Under the pieces are notes generated by a model. That model saw only the letters and a program-made list of their open reading frames with translations, had not been told where the DNA came from and did not search any database. A DNA stretch of 43,373 nucleotides from contig JAYEJE010000084.1 of NCBI GenBank assembly GCA_034660415.1, positions 1 to 43,373 on the forward strand, read 5' to 3'. Source of the stretch: Methanobacteriota archaeon (lineage in GTDB: Archaea; Halobacteriota; Syntropharchaeia; Alkanophagales; Methanospirareceae). The translations under genes and the position numbers were made by a program. Below are positions 9,566 to 18,504 of the stretch, piece by piece. The first letter of the stretch is position 1; each line of letters opens with the position of its first letter.

Positions 9566-10780
9566 TTATCTCCTCCTGTATCTCACTATCACAACTGCTA
9601 TAAGCCCTACAATAATTATCACGAATGATACTGCACCGCCAATAGGAGCCACATCCGTTCCTTTACTTTTCACGTTAGAAAGATAGGTCGTCAGGTCGCT
9701 ATGCTTGATTTCTACTGTCTCTCTACCGTCTTTCAGTTTTAACGGCTTCTGCTCTGTAATCACCGTTGCCAGGTCGGTAGAATGGATGTGAACATCACTT
9801 GAAAATCCTTTGAGCTTTTTCATCTCCTCCAGCATCTCACTCCCTTTTTCCTTTACCTCTTCTCTATCATCGGTCTTTTCTATCTCGTCCAGATACCCCC
9901 CGGTCCTGTATATAGAACCCATGAGCTTATGCGACAGGTCATGCAGCATCGCTGCCTCCACTTCGCCCTTACCCATCTCCTCTGCTACTGGCACCATCGC
10001 GCCGTGTATCAACTCATGCATTTCGCCTATGCACACTGATGCCTCCTCCGATTTCTCACGGAGTGCTTCTAATTTCCCTTTATCTCCACTTTCAGTAAGT
10101 TCGGCAGCGAGACAAAGCATAGTGCCTTCATCCCCCACTTTGCCTACGATGAGCGCATCAAGATGGTGGGCATAATTGTCGTGAAGTTCATTCGATAGCC
10201 TCTTTCCTATTGACTCTGTGAGTTTAGGTAAAATCTTGCTTTCCATATCACCAAGCCGGCTTTCTTCATACCACTTCAATGTCTCCCCTCTTGCCTTTTT
10301 GTTCCTTAGCTCAAAGTAGCCTGCCGGGAATATACCCGGGATTTCTTCCTCTGCTTTCCATACGTATTCCTCACCACTCCTCATATTGACAAACGTAAAT
10401 TCAAAGTTCTCTGCTCTCAGGTTCTTCTCACTTGTCCCTGCTGGTGTTTTTATCTCGTATTCACCCGGCTTCGTGCTTATCCATTCCGGTGGTGCATCTC
10501 CCTCCGGCTGACCTATGATAACTTGAATGACCTGCTCAGCAGCCGGAGTTGGCAGTTTACTGATTATGTTTATGTCACTTCGCCGTGGTGCTTCACCTTC
10601 CCACAGGTTATCTATGGCATCACCCGTTGCCCTGTACACAAAATCCGCGGAAAAATCCGTCACCGCCTCTGCTTCTTCTGCTGCTGCTATTTGAACGGGG
10701 AACGCATTTACTAATATCGCCGCTAATAATATTACTACTGCGGTGGCTCTAATTTTTCTCCATTCCTTTTCTTTTTTCAT
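9566..10780 (-). CDS. Surface-anchored protein: Cys-less domain X, His-rich helical region, C-terminal TM anchor (tandem paralog 1)
   Basis: Signal peptide present. LWEGEAPRRSDINIISKL and IFPAGYFELRNKK are domain X motifs. HDNYAHH, MHELIHGAM and HDLSH helices follow. The C-terminal TM segment ends RYRRR. Confidence 0.7.
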   Translation of the reverse strand: MKKEKEWRKIRATAVVILLAAILVNAFPVQIAAAEEAEAVTDFSADFVYRATGDAIDNLWEGEAPRRSDINIISKLPTPAAEQVIQVIIGQPEGDAPPEWISTKPGEYEIKTPAGTSEKNLRAENFEFTFVNMRSGEEYVWKAEEEIPGIFPAGYFELRNKKARGETLKWYEESRLGDMESKILPKLTESIGKRLSNELHDNYAHHLDALIVGKVGDEGTMLCLAAELTESGDKGKLEALREKSEEASVCIGEMHELIHGAMVPVAEEMGKGEVEAAMLHDLSHKLMGSIYRTGGYLDEIEKTDDREEVKEKGSEMLEEMKKLKGFSSDVHIHSTDLATVITEQKPLKLKDGRETVEIKHSDLTTYLSNVKSKGTDVAPIGGAVSFVIIIVGLIAVVIVRYRRR

Positions 10781-10784
10781 ATCT

Positions 10785-12071
10785 TCACTTGCTCCTTTTA
10801 ACTACTATCCCCAGTGCTGCGAGCCCGGCAACGATTATTCCGAAGGCTATGGCACCACCGGTGGGAAATGGCTCTTTTTCTTCCTCTTCCGCCTCACTTA
10901 TCTTCGATAGGTATGTTGTTAGGTCGCTATGTGCGATATTGACTGCTTCAGTACCGTCTTTCAGCTTTAACGGCTTCTGCTCTGTGAGCACCGTTGCTAA
11001 GTCGGTAGAATGGATGTGAACCTCACTTGAAAATTCTTTGAGCTTCTTCATCTCCTCCAGCATCTCACTCCCTTTTTCTTTTACCTCTTCTATATCATCG
11101 GTCTTTTCTATCTCGTCCAGATACCCCCCGGTCCTGTATATAGAACCCATGAGCTTATGCGACAGGTCATGCAGCATCGCTGCCTCCACTTCGCCCTTAC
11201 CCATCTCCTCTGCTACTGGCACCATCGCGCCGTGTATCAACTCATGCATTTCGCCTATGCACACTGATGCCTCCTCCGATTTCTCACGGAGTGCTTCTAA
11301 TTTCCCTTTATCTCCACTTTCAGTAAGTTCGGCAGCGAGACAAAGCATAGTACCTTCATCCCCCACTTTGCCTACGATGAGCGCATCAAGATGGTGGGCA
11401 TAATTGTCGTGAAGTTCATTTGATAACCTCTTCCCTATGGATTCTGTAAGTGCTGACGACACTTTTTCTTCCATTTTCCCAAGCTGACTTTCTTCATACC
11501 ACTTCAGTGTCTCTCCTCTTGCCTTTTTGTTCCTCAGCTCGAAGTAGCCTGCCGGGAATATACCCGAGATTTCTTCCTCGGCTTTCCATACGTATTCCTC
11601 GCCGCTCCTCACGGCAACAAAAGTAAATTCAAAGTTCTCTGCCTTCTGGTTTTCCTCGCTCGTTCCTCCAGGTGCTTTAAGCTCGTATTTGCCCGGCTTA
11701 TCACTTGTCCATTCCGGTGGTGCTTCTCCCTCCGGCTGACCTATGATAACCTGAATGACCCGCTCAGCAGCCGGAGTTGGCAGTTTACTGATTATCTTTA
11801 TGTCACTTCGCCGCGGTGCTTCTCCTTCCCACAGGACATCTATAGCATCGCTTATCGCTCTGTATGCGAAATCCGCAGAAACGTCTATCTCTGCTGCTCC
11901 CCCTCCTGCTCCTGCTGCTCCTTCCACGTATTTCGGGCATTCTTCTATCGGCACCCAGCCTTCTGGTATATGCGCCTGCCCCGGAAACGCGAATGCACTG
12001 AGCAATACCGTTGCCAGTACTATTCCTATTACAGCAGTTTTGAGTTTTCTCCTGCTCTTTTCTCTTTCCAT
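10785..12071 (-). CDS. Surface-anchored protein, tandem paralog 2 of 9566-10780
   Basis: Same architecture as its neighbour. The signal peptide ends GQA-HIPEG. The central and C-terminal region is almost nucleotide-identical to the neighbour. Confidence 0.7.
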   Translation of the reverse strand: MEREKSRRKLKTAVIGIVLATVLLSAFAFPGQAHIPEGWVPIEECPKYVEGAAGAGGGAAEIDVSADFAYRAISDAIDVLWEGEAPRRSDIKIISKLPTPAAERVIQVIIGQPEGEAPPEWTSDKPGKYELKAPGGTSEENQKAENFEFTFVAVRSGEEYVWKAEEEISGIFPAGYFELRNKKARGETLKWYEESQLGKMEEKVSSALTESIGKRLSNELHDNYAHHLDALIVGKVGDEGTMLCLAAELTESGDKGKLEALREKSEEASVCIGEMHELIHGAMVPVAEEMGKGEVEAAMLHDLSHKLMGSIYRTGGYLDEIEKTDDIEEVKEKGSEMLEEMKKLKEFSSEVHIHSTDLATVLTEQKPLKLKDGTEAVNIAHSDLTTYLSKISEAEEEEKEPFPTGGAIAFGIIVAGLAALGIVVKRSK

Positions 12072-12162
12072 TTAGTTCCTATCACCTCTACTCCACTCTA
12101 CGTGTTTACAATCCGCTCTACTCTACTCTACTCTACTTCGCTCTCTTTTGCTTTACTCCCTT

Positions 12163-12200
12163 TCCCTAAAAAAAAATAAGGGAAAAAAATTTGTTTGTTT
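12163..12200 (-). terminator. Oligo-T terminator candidate after the 12232-13482 gene
   Basis: On the minus strand, T7 and T9 runs flank a short CCCT/AGGG stem about 30-70 nt past the stop codon. Confidence 0.3.
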
Positions 12201-12231
12201 TTATTTATTGTAGCGGTAATCGGTCACCCCT

Positions 12232-13482
12232 TTACCTGGTTCTTCTAAGTACTAAGTAGGCAACTGCTGAAATACCTACAATAGCGAAAATAGCTTCGAA
12301 TCCTGGTGGTGTAGGTGTGGGTGTCGATGCTGCTGCTGGCGCCGCTGGTGCTGCTGCTGCTATTGTATATTCAAGGTCTTCTAAATTGAGCCTCATCGCT
12401 TTGCTAGCATCATCGAAAGCATGCAGAGCATTGTGTATGGCATCTGCAGCACTTTTGGCTTCCGGTGATGCTATGACGTCCGGATCCTCTATAAGCACAT
12501 GTACCAACTCATGTGGCGCTTTACCTATAACCGGCAACTCCATTGTAGTTGCAAAGTCAGCTGCATCTATCGTGTCTTGATGCAGTTTTCGCAGTGCTTC
12601 GATTTTTCCCACAGTAACCAAAATTTTTGCTGTGTCCTTCTCAGGTGCGGCTTTGTATGTATCTAGCTTCGCGATATTGTTTTCCATATAAACCCCGATG
12701 TGCGCGAGAGCATGGGAACTCAAATGAACTGTCTCAGCCTTAGCTGCCAGTTCATCCGGTATACCTTCTACACCAAGGATCGCGTCCGTCTGCATGTGTA
12801 TGACCTCGGTGGCGTCTATAAGCTCAGCCATATCTTTGTCAATTCCTTCCACCACCGCGGATATATCTACTATAACTGGTGGCTCTGCTAATGTATATTC
12901 AAGATCTTCCAAATTGAGCCTCATCGCTTTGCTAGCATCATCGAAAGCATGCAGAGCATTGTGTATATCGTCTGCAGCACTTTTGGCTTCCGGTGATGTT
13001 ATGACGTCCGGATCCTCTATAAGCACATGTACCAACTCATGTGGCGCTTTACCTATAACCGGCAACTCCATTGTAGTTGCAAAGTCAGCTGCATCTATCG
13101 TGTCTTGATGCAGTTTTCGCAGTGCTTCGATTTTTCCCACAGTAACCAAAATTTTTGCTGTGTCCTTCTCAGGGTCTGCTTTGTATGTATCTAGCTTCGC
13201 GATATTGTTTTCCATATAAACCCCGATATGCGCGAGAGCATGGGAACTCAGATGAACTGTCTCAGCCTTATCTGCCACTTCTTCCGGTATACCTTCGACA
13301 CCAAGGATCGCGTCCGTCTGCGTGTGTATGACCTCGGTGGCTTCTATAAGCTCAGCCATATCTTTGTCAATTTCTCCCACCACTGCGGATACATCTTGCG
13401 CCATGACTGTCGCAACACTCGTTGTAACAAACAGCATTGCTATTGCTACCGCAACAATTCCTACCATTCGTTTTGTGTACAT
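12232..13482 (-). CDS. Surface-anchored His-rich helical protein: two ~176-aa repeats plus a PGF-CTERM anchor
   Basis: Signal peptide present. Each repeat carries HALAH, HELVH and HNALH (HxxxH) motifs. The C-terminus is PPGFEAIFAIVGISAVAYLVLRRTR. The ATG at 13482 lies 8-9 nt after GGAGGTGA. The ORF-track GTG at 13494 sits inside that SD sequence. Confidence 0.7.
   Translation of the reverse strand: MYTKRMVGIVAVAIAMLFVTTSVATVMAQDVSAVVGEIDKDMAELIEATEVIHTQTDAILGVEGIPEEVADKAETVHLSSHALAHIGVYMENNIAKLDTYKADPEKDTAKILVTVGKIEALRKLHQDTIDAADFATTMELPVIGKAPHELVHVLIEDPDVITSPEAKSAADDIHNALHAFDDASKAMRLNLEDLEYTLAEPPVIVDISAVVEGIDKDMAELIDATEVIHMQTDAILGVEGIPDELAAKAETVHLSSHALAHIGVYMENNIAKLDTYKAAPEKDTAKILVTVGKIEALRKLHQDTIDAADFATTMELPVIGKAPHELVHVLIEDPDVIASPEAKSAADAIHNALHAFDDASKAMRLNLEDLEYTIAAAAPAAPAAASTPTPTPPGFEAIFAIVGISAVAYLVLRRTR
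12340..13395. repeat. Internal tandem duplication, 2 x 528 bp, about 95 percent identical at protein level
   Basis: Residues ~34-209 and ~210-385 align almost residue for residue. The shadow ORFs at 12700 and 13228 are offset by exactly 528 bp. Confidence 0.85.
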
Positions 13483-13562
13483 CTTTTTTTTCACCTCCTA
13501 ATAATTTTGTTTTATTTACCTCTTTTTTAGTTGAGGATATTCATTCTGTATCTCTTTCTTAT

Positions 13563-14081
13563 TCAAATATCCCTCTCCTTTTTAGTTGAGGACATTAATT
13601 CCTTATCACCAATTGTGGATTTTACTTCTTCTTTTTCTTTACTCCAGCTCCTGATAAAAAAAATCATCACCAAAGAGAAAGGAAGTAACCAGGTTGCCGT
13701 GGGATAAGGAGGCGCATAATATTTCAAAAACCCATAAAGGGTGTAGGTCCATGACCCCTGTCCAGATAATGACCCGCAAATCATTTTTAGTATGTCGCAT
13801 CCAGCAAGTATCCACAACATTATCACGCCTATAAGTGAAGTTCCAAAACCTTCGGGGTCCGAAAAGCGAAATGCTCCCCACATTATTAGCAGCCCGGCAA
13901 AGAAGGTAACTATCCCCCTCCACAGGCACATCCAGTCCATTGATTCAGGAAAAAGTTTAAACCATTCCGTAGCCCATAGTTCTGTTATGCCAAGTGACGA
14001 AGCAAGCTCCCAGCAGCCAAACCACAGCGTCACTGCTCCCAATACCGCAAAATACACCGAGCCCCATTTCCAGTTGTCCAT
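13563..14081 (-). CDS. Trp-rich small membrane protein of unknown function, directly downstream of the FeoB permease
   Basis: 172 aa with about four hydrophobic segments. It starts 10 nt after the FeoB membrane gene ends. Confidence 0.5.
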   Translation of the reverse strand: MDNWKWGSVYFAVLGAVTLWFGCWELASSLGITELWATEWFKLFPESMDWMCLWRGIVTFFAGLLIMWGAFRFSDPEGFGTSLIGVIMLWILAGCDILKMICGSLSGQGSWTYTLYGFLKYYAPPYPTATWLLPFSLVMIFFIRSWSKEKEEVKSTIGDKELMSSTKKERDI

Positions 14082-14091
14082 CTTTTTACAT

Positions 14092-15321
14092 CTACACCCC
14101 CATAACAGAAACTATTCCTTGCATCAGCCCACCGAAAATGAAGAAAGAAACTAGCAGGACGCCGAGGCATTTCAAAAGATCTACCACTCCTGCTTCCTTC
14201 AAGATCATTATAAAAGTAGCTAAGCACGGGAAATATATGGTCACAAGAGTTACTGCGATAATCGTCTGCGCCACCGTCATTTTTATCGCACTAATCTGAG
14301 CCACTGCAACATCCTTCCTCAGGAAAGCCATTACCAGAGGTCCTGCGGTCTCTTCCGGCACCCCAAACCAATAGACAAACATCGGCGAGAGCACTGAACC
14401 AATCCAACCTATCACTCCTATCCAGTACAGTATGTTTACAATTAAGACACCAGCAAGCACCATCGGAATCGCCACCGCGATGAAACCTTCAACACGATGC
14501 CACACCTTACGAGCTATGTTTCTCCATGTCGGCGCCCGATAAGGTGGTACATCAATAAGCATCTCAGGACTCCTGCCCGGTGTAATTGCATCAAGGACAA
14601 ACCCAGCAATGAAAAAAGAGATAATACAATAAAGCAGAATCAGCCCAACATACTCGGGCACTACTGCAAGCATTACGCCAAGCTGTGCTCCACAAGGGAT
14701 AAATACGCCCAAAAGAGCCATCATCATAAACCTCTGCTTCTTGGTCTCTAAAGCTCGTGTCGCTTCTACGCCGGGGATATTGCATCCAAGCGAAAGAAGC
14801 ATAGGGACAGCAGCAAATCCGTGCAGTCCGATTTTATGGAATACCGTGTCTATTAAAGTAACCAATCTCGGCATATACCCCGTATCCTCAAGTATCGTTA
14901 GGATTATATAAAAAGCAAATACAGCAGGGAGAACGACCCCAATTGCAACGTAAAGACCGCTGGTTAGCACACCAAAATATTCGAATGCATGAAGTGCCGT
15001 GGGATCGCCCACAAGAATTCCATAGAGCAGGCTGCTTTCTTTTAACGTCGCTCCACCTCCCGGAACGGTCACCTTCAGCCAAGGTATAAGATACTTACTA
15101 AACACGGGGTCTAATAGCATCATGAGGAAACTCAAGCCAAAAGTAAAAAAGAAAGAGAAGAACCCAAACAGAACTGCTATCGCTAGAGGTATTCCGGTTG
15201 AAGGTCTGACAGTCAGCTCTCCTACTACATCTTTCAAGCTTCGCTCGTATTTCCCAAACCTAACCGTTTCTTTAGTTATCTTATCAATCAAGTCCCACCG
15301 TTCATCGCTTGTCAATGTCAT
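14092..15321 (-). CDS. feoB: FeoB membrane (permease) part, split from its G domain
   Basis: 409-aa polytopic protein with the nucleoside-recognition/gate regions typical of the FeoB C-terminal half, such as GLHGFAAVPMLLSLGCNIPG. Confidence 0.8.
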   Translation of the reverse strand: MTLTSDERWDLIDKITKETVRFGKYERSLKDVVGELTVRPSTGIPLAIAVLFGFFSFFFTFGLSFLMMLLDPVFSKYLIPWLKVTVPGGGATLKESSLLYGILVGDPTALHAFEYFGVLTSGLYVAIGVVLPAVFAFYIILTILEDTGYMPRLVTLIDTVFHKIGLHGFAAVPMLLSLGCNIPGVEATRALETKKQRFMMMALLGVFIPCGAQLGVMLAVVPEYVGLILLYCIISFFIAGFVLDAITPGRSPEMLIDVPPYRAPTWRNIARKVWHRVEGFIAVAIPMVLAGVLIVNILYWIGVIGWIGSVLSPMFVYWFGVPEETAGPLVMAFLRKDVAVAQISAIKMTVAQTIIAVTLVTIYFPCLATFIMILKEAGVVDLLKCLGVLLVSFFIFGGLMQGIVSVMGV

Positions 15322-15420
15322 TACTTAACTCAGCTCACCCGCCATAATTGCTTATTCAATAGACTTATAAATCCTAAATTCAAAATCCGAAATCCTAAAC
15401 AAAACCAAATTTTCCACTCT

Positions 15421-15951
15421 TTATTGAGCATATTCCACCCTCCCCATAATGTCCTCAATCTTAGCTGACGATGCATCTTCTATCCTCGAAACGAGTTCCT
15501 TTAGACCTTCGCCTGCTATCGCTACCGTAGGCACAATCGGGATTCCGAGAATGGCTTTTAATTTTTCCACATCCACTTCTATATTTTTGACCATCGTATC
15601 ATCCCACATGTTCAATGCAATTGCCACAGGATAACCGCGTTCAATAATTTCCAAAACCATGTAAAGACCACGCTCTAATTTTGAAGCATCGAGCACGCAT
15701 ACAACCACGGAATCGGGATTCTCCGCAAGCATTTTTACCGCCACTTCTTCTGCTTTGTCCTTCGGTTCCAGAGAAAATGCTCCTGGGATGTCTATGAGTT
15801 CTACATCTTCGTCTTCTAATCTCATATATCCCCGTGTATAATCAACAGTCGTGCCGGGATAATTCGACTCGATGACATTTGCCCCAGTGAGGCGATTAAA
15901 AAATACACTTTTCCCTACATTCGGATTCCCCATCAATAAAATTCTTTTCAT
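15421..15951 (-). CDS. feoB: FeoB N-terminal GTPase domain as a stand-alone protein
   Basis: GNPNVGKS (G1), DIPG (G3) and NMWD (G4). 176 aa. A 99-bp gap separates it from the permease gene. Confidence 0.8.
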   Translation of the reverse strand: MKRILLMGNPNVGKSVFFNRLTGANVIESNYPGTTVDYTRGYMRLEDEDVELIDIPGAFSLEPKDKAEEVAVKMLAENPDSVVVCVLDASKLERGLYMVLEIIERGYPVAIALNMWDDTMVKNIEVDVEKLKAILGIPIVPTVAIAGEGLKELVSRIEDASSAKIEDIMGRVEYAQ

Positions 15952-15954
15952 TAA

Positions 15955-16191
15955 TTAATCTCCAACATCCACGATGACTTTATCAGCCAGACCAAGACCC
16001 ACAGAAGTATTAGCTCTGCCCATTTCTATCACTACGGGTCCCTTTATAGGTTGCCGAGTCGTCATTCTCACCTTTTTACCTTCCCTGATGCCCATGCCCG
16101 CTATTTGTACCCTAAAATCCTCCGCTATCTCTTTTACCGTTCCCTCTTCATCAAAATCCATTTCGCTCAACTTCTTCTCCATTGCTCTCAT
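15955..16191 (-). CDS. feoA: FeoA (single SH3-like domain)
   Basis: 78 aa with the FeoA pattern GMGIREGKKVRM ... VGLGLADKVIV. Confidence 0.7.
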   Translation of the reverse strand: MRAMEKKLSEMDFDEEGTVKEIAEDFRVQIAGMGIREGKKVRMTTRQPIKGPVVIEMGRANTSVGLGLADKVIVDVGD

Positions 16192-16478
16192 ACCCTCCTG
16201 ACGATAACTTTTTGCGCCATTCCACGACCTATGGAAACCGTGTTTCTATCTACCTCTATTGTGACAGGCCCGTAACAGGAAATCATACGAACAATGCTGC
16301 CCTCAAATAGACCACGAAGGAGCAACTTCTGGCGAATGCCATGACCGCCTTCAATTGTCATTACTCTCCCCTGTTCTCCGGGACTCAATTGGCTTAAGGG
16401 CATCGAGTCACTGTAATTCTCAGTTACAAAAGACCTTTTCTCCTCCACCATATCGTTGCTCACGCACTCACCGCTCAT
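16188..16478 (-). CDS. feoA: FeoA (single domain)
   Basis: LSQLSPGEQGRVMTIEGG ... LRGLFEGSIVRM ... SIGRGMAQKVIV. Confidence 0.7.
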   Translation of the reverse strand: MSGECVSNDMVEEKRSFVTENYSDSMPLSQLSPGEQGRVMTIEGGHGIRQKLLLRGLFEGSIVRMISCYGPVTIEVDRNTVSIGRGMAQKVIVRRV

Positions 16479-16496
16479 TTCCTTTTCCTTTTTTTT

Positions 16497-17207
16497 CTAT
16501 TCCACTTGAACTTTCTCTGCGAGTCCTCGTCCGATGGTTACAAGTTGTACCCCTATTTTCGCAAGCACGTAAGTCCCTCTTTTTGGACTTGGAGGTGACG
16601 GCTCCTTCCGGACCAATGTTATCTCTTTATCTTCCACCATTCCGAGCAGTTCAAATTTCTCCTTAAGCGAGTCGCCACCGATTATCTTACTTATCTTCGC
16701 TTTATCGCCTTCTCCGAGATAATTAATCTGTATGAATTCTCCGTCACGTTCTATCAGCACCTTTGATGCCTGTCCTTCGCCCATGTTTATCTCCTTGTCG
16801 TCTATTTTAAACACAAGGGTATCATCTGCGAGATGACGAACGAACTCAACTTCGCCCCCTTTCTCTATGCCGAGTACAGAGAAGTTATCTTCGAACGTCT
16901 TCCCACCTTCTAACGTCTTTATCGTCCCCTTATCGCCATTCTCCAGTCGTAAAAGCGGAAGTGTTTCTCCGCCTTTCTCCACATACACCTTATCTGCCCA
17001 ACCGCGCGCTATGACTGCTTCTCTTCCTGCTGACACATTTAGCGCAATGGGCCCAGCATGAACATGCACAGGCTCAGTAGCAACTACGGTAAGTTCTGTT
17101 CCTTCGGAAATGCCCAAATCCGCCAGGTTACCTTTTACTTCTGAACCGCCGCCTATCTCTTTCACCGTTACTTTTACTTCCGGTTCGACTTCAGCTAATA
17201 TTTTCAT
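16497..17207 (-). CDS. Triple-FeoA-domain protein
   Basis: Three consecutive ~75-aa FeoA-like units, each ending in a xxGxGxAxKVxVE-type strand: ARGWADKVYVE, MGEGQASKVLIE and IGRGLAEKVQVE. Confidence 0.7.
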   Translation of the reverse strand: MKILAEVEPEVKVTVKEIGGGSEVKGNLADLGISEGTELTVVATEPVHVHAGPIALNVSAGREAVIARGWADKVYVEKGGETLPLLRLENGDKGTIKTLEGGKTFEDNFSVLGIEKGGEVEFVRHLADDTLVFKIDDKEINMGEGQASKVLIERDGEFIQINYLGEGDKAKISKIIGGDSLKEKFELLGMVEDKEITLVRKEPSPPSPKRGTYVLAKIGVQLVTIGRGLAEKVQVE

Positions 17208-17231
17208 TTTTTGTTTCCACTATTACAATCA

Positions 17232-17329
17232 TAAAGTTAGGAATACAAAAACCATGCCCTAAAAAGATTCGGTTTTGCAAAATAAACCTAAAAAAGTTAG
17301 GTTTTGAGACGAAAACCGATGATTTTCGC
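17232..17329 (-). promoter_or_regulatory. Shared promoter/operator cassette, copy A (upstream of Feo locus 1)
   Basis: Half-sites TTAGG 17237, CCTAA 17258, TTCGG 17268, CCTAA 17287 and TTAGG 17297, giving offsets 0/21/31/50/60. It also contains AAACCTAA-N5-TTAGGTTT, a perfect 8-bp-arm palindrome. Confidence 0.7.
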
Positions 17330-17394
17330 TCTCTCATTTCGATACGATCCGAAGCTTTAAATTAGGGCCCTTGGGAGAGTAAGCGATATATGTG

Positions 17395-18012
17395 CTAAGC
17401 ATGTGTTATCAGCGGAAGCGCAACCAAAGTTCCGATGAAAATCTCGTCTTCAGGCAAGCTCAGTAATTTTTCCCTGACTTCCAGTTCCCATCCCTCATAT
17501 CTTTCTCGCTCTTCCTCTGTCGGTTTCCTTGGAATTTCATGCTCTACTATGCTCCCCAGCTCAAAATACCCGTCTGGAAACAGCTCTGGTATTACCTGTA
17601 CCCTATACGAAGTATTCGTGGATTTCCGAATAAAGGTAAACACATAATTCCCTGTCGTCAGATGTTTCGCATCTGTCCCCTCCGGCGGCTCAAGCACATA
17701 ATCTCCTATTGTTCCTTCTTGCCATGGTTCCAATTCTATCCCCAGCATATACTTGAAAGTTAGCTGCGAACCCTTGGTAGGGAGCGTGCTGATTATCTTA
17801 ATATCCTCTCTCGCTGGTATTTCTTTATCTTCATGCCACAGCTTTGAAAGAGCAAATTGTGTTGCCCTGAAACCACTCGCCACGCATACGCACGGTTTTC
17901 CATCCATCGGTTCATCGCCATGCATTTCTGCATGCAATTTCGCTATTACTTCTATTCTTATTTTTACCTGTGTTCCTCTTCCATCCATTATTATAGGTTT
18001 TAACCTCTTCAT
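17395..18012 (-). CDS. Cytoplasmic (no signal peptide) domain X protein
   Basis: GKPCVCVASGFRATQ, IPAREDIKIIS, YVFTFIRKSTN and LFPDGYFEL align with the domain in 8746-9555 and with the C-terminus of 23906-25954. Confidence 0.65.
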   Translation of the reverse strand: MKRLKPIIMDGRGTQVKIRIEVIAKLHAEMHGDEPMDGKPCVCVASGFRATQFALSKLWHEDKEIPAREDIKIISTLPTKGSQLTFKYMLGIELEPWQEGTIGDYVLEPPEGTDAKHLTTGNYVFTFIRKSTNTSYRVQVIPELFPDGYFELGSIVEHEIPRKPTEEERERYEGWELEVREKLLSLPEDEIFIGTLVALPLITHA

Positions 18013-18050
18013 TTCTTTTCTTTTTCCTCCTTTCCTTTTCTCTCACCCGC

Positions 18051-18485
18051 TCACCACGACATGTCCTTCGTTATTTGCCCTATAAGGTAGCCAAAAGGCA
18101 GCGCTATGATAAAAAGCCATACCGACGGTGTGAATTGTACGAACCATAAAAAGTCTCCTTCTCCAAGCACATACGACACTGCATTCCCCCCTATTATTAG
18201 AATATACACAATACCGTAAACCAGTGATAGGAAGAAACCGCCGAGAAGGAAAGATAGACCTCTGTACTCGCCGTTAACAGCACCTTTTACGCCCGTCAGA
18301 TACGTCGCTGCTATCACAAAGAAAAAGAGCCCACCTAATGCATCATTACCGGGAATTACGCCTACTCTTCCTATACCTGAAACCTGGAAAACTATTTTGG
18401 CTGCTCCAATGCCAATATACAAGAGACCGAGAACTATCGCGTATATCCCTACCGTTTTTCCTATTCCTGTATCAAAATCGGACAT
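18051..18485 (-). CDS. Small membrane protein downstream of FeoB permease 2
   Basis: About four TM segments. The ATG at 18485 is preceded by GGAGGTAAAAAAAAG. The ORF-track start at 18527 would overlap the FeoB stop. Confidence 0.5.
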   Translation of the reverse strand: MSDFDTGIGKTVGIYAIVLGLLYIGIGAAKIVFQVSGIGRVGVIPGNDALGGLFFFVIAATYLTGVKGAVNGEYRGLSFLLGGFFLSLVYGIVYILIIGGNAVSYVLGEGDFLWFVQFTPSVWLFIIALPFGYLIGQITKDMSW

Positions 18486-18504
18486 CTTTTTTTTACCTCC
18501 TATT

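Larger units (their letters stand above)
9566..12071. repeat. Tandem gene duplication (period ~1228 bp) with a near-identical block
   Basis: The antisense shadow ORFs 9810-10175 and 11038-11403 differ by one residue, so at least 366 bp are almost identical. This fits a recent duplication or gene conversion. Confidence 0.85.

Noticed and set aside
9810-11403. Long plus-strand ORFs, such as 9810-10175 and 11038-11403, rich in Ser/Pro.
   Set aside because: They are antisense shadows of well-supported minus-strand genes with low-complexity composition. Their near-identity only reflects the tandem duplication underneath.
9566-13482. HExxH motifs (HELIH, HELVH) as evidence for zincin metalloproteases.
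   Set aside because: The surrounding sequence is all-helical repeat with many other HxxxH pairs, and I could not identify a third zincin ligand motif. Metal or heme binding seems the more conservative reading. This remains unresolved without structure prediction.
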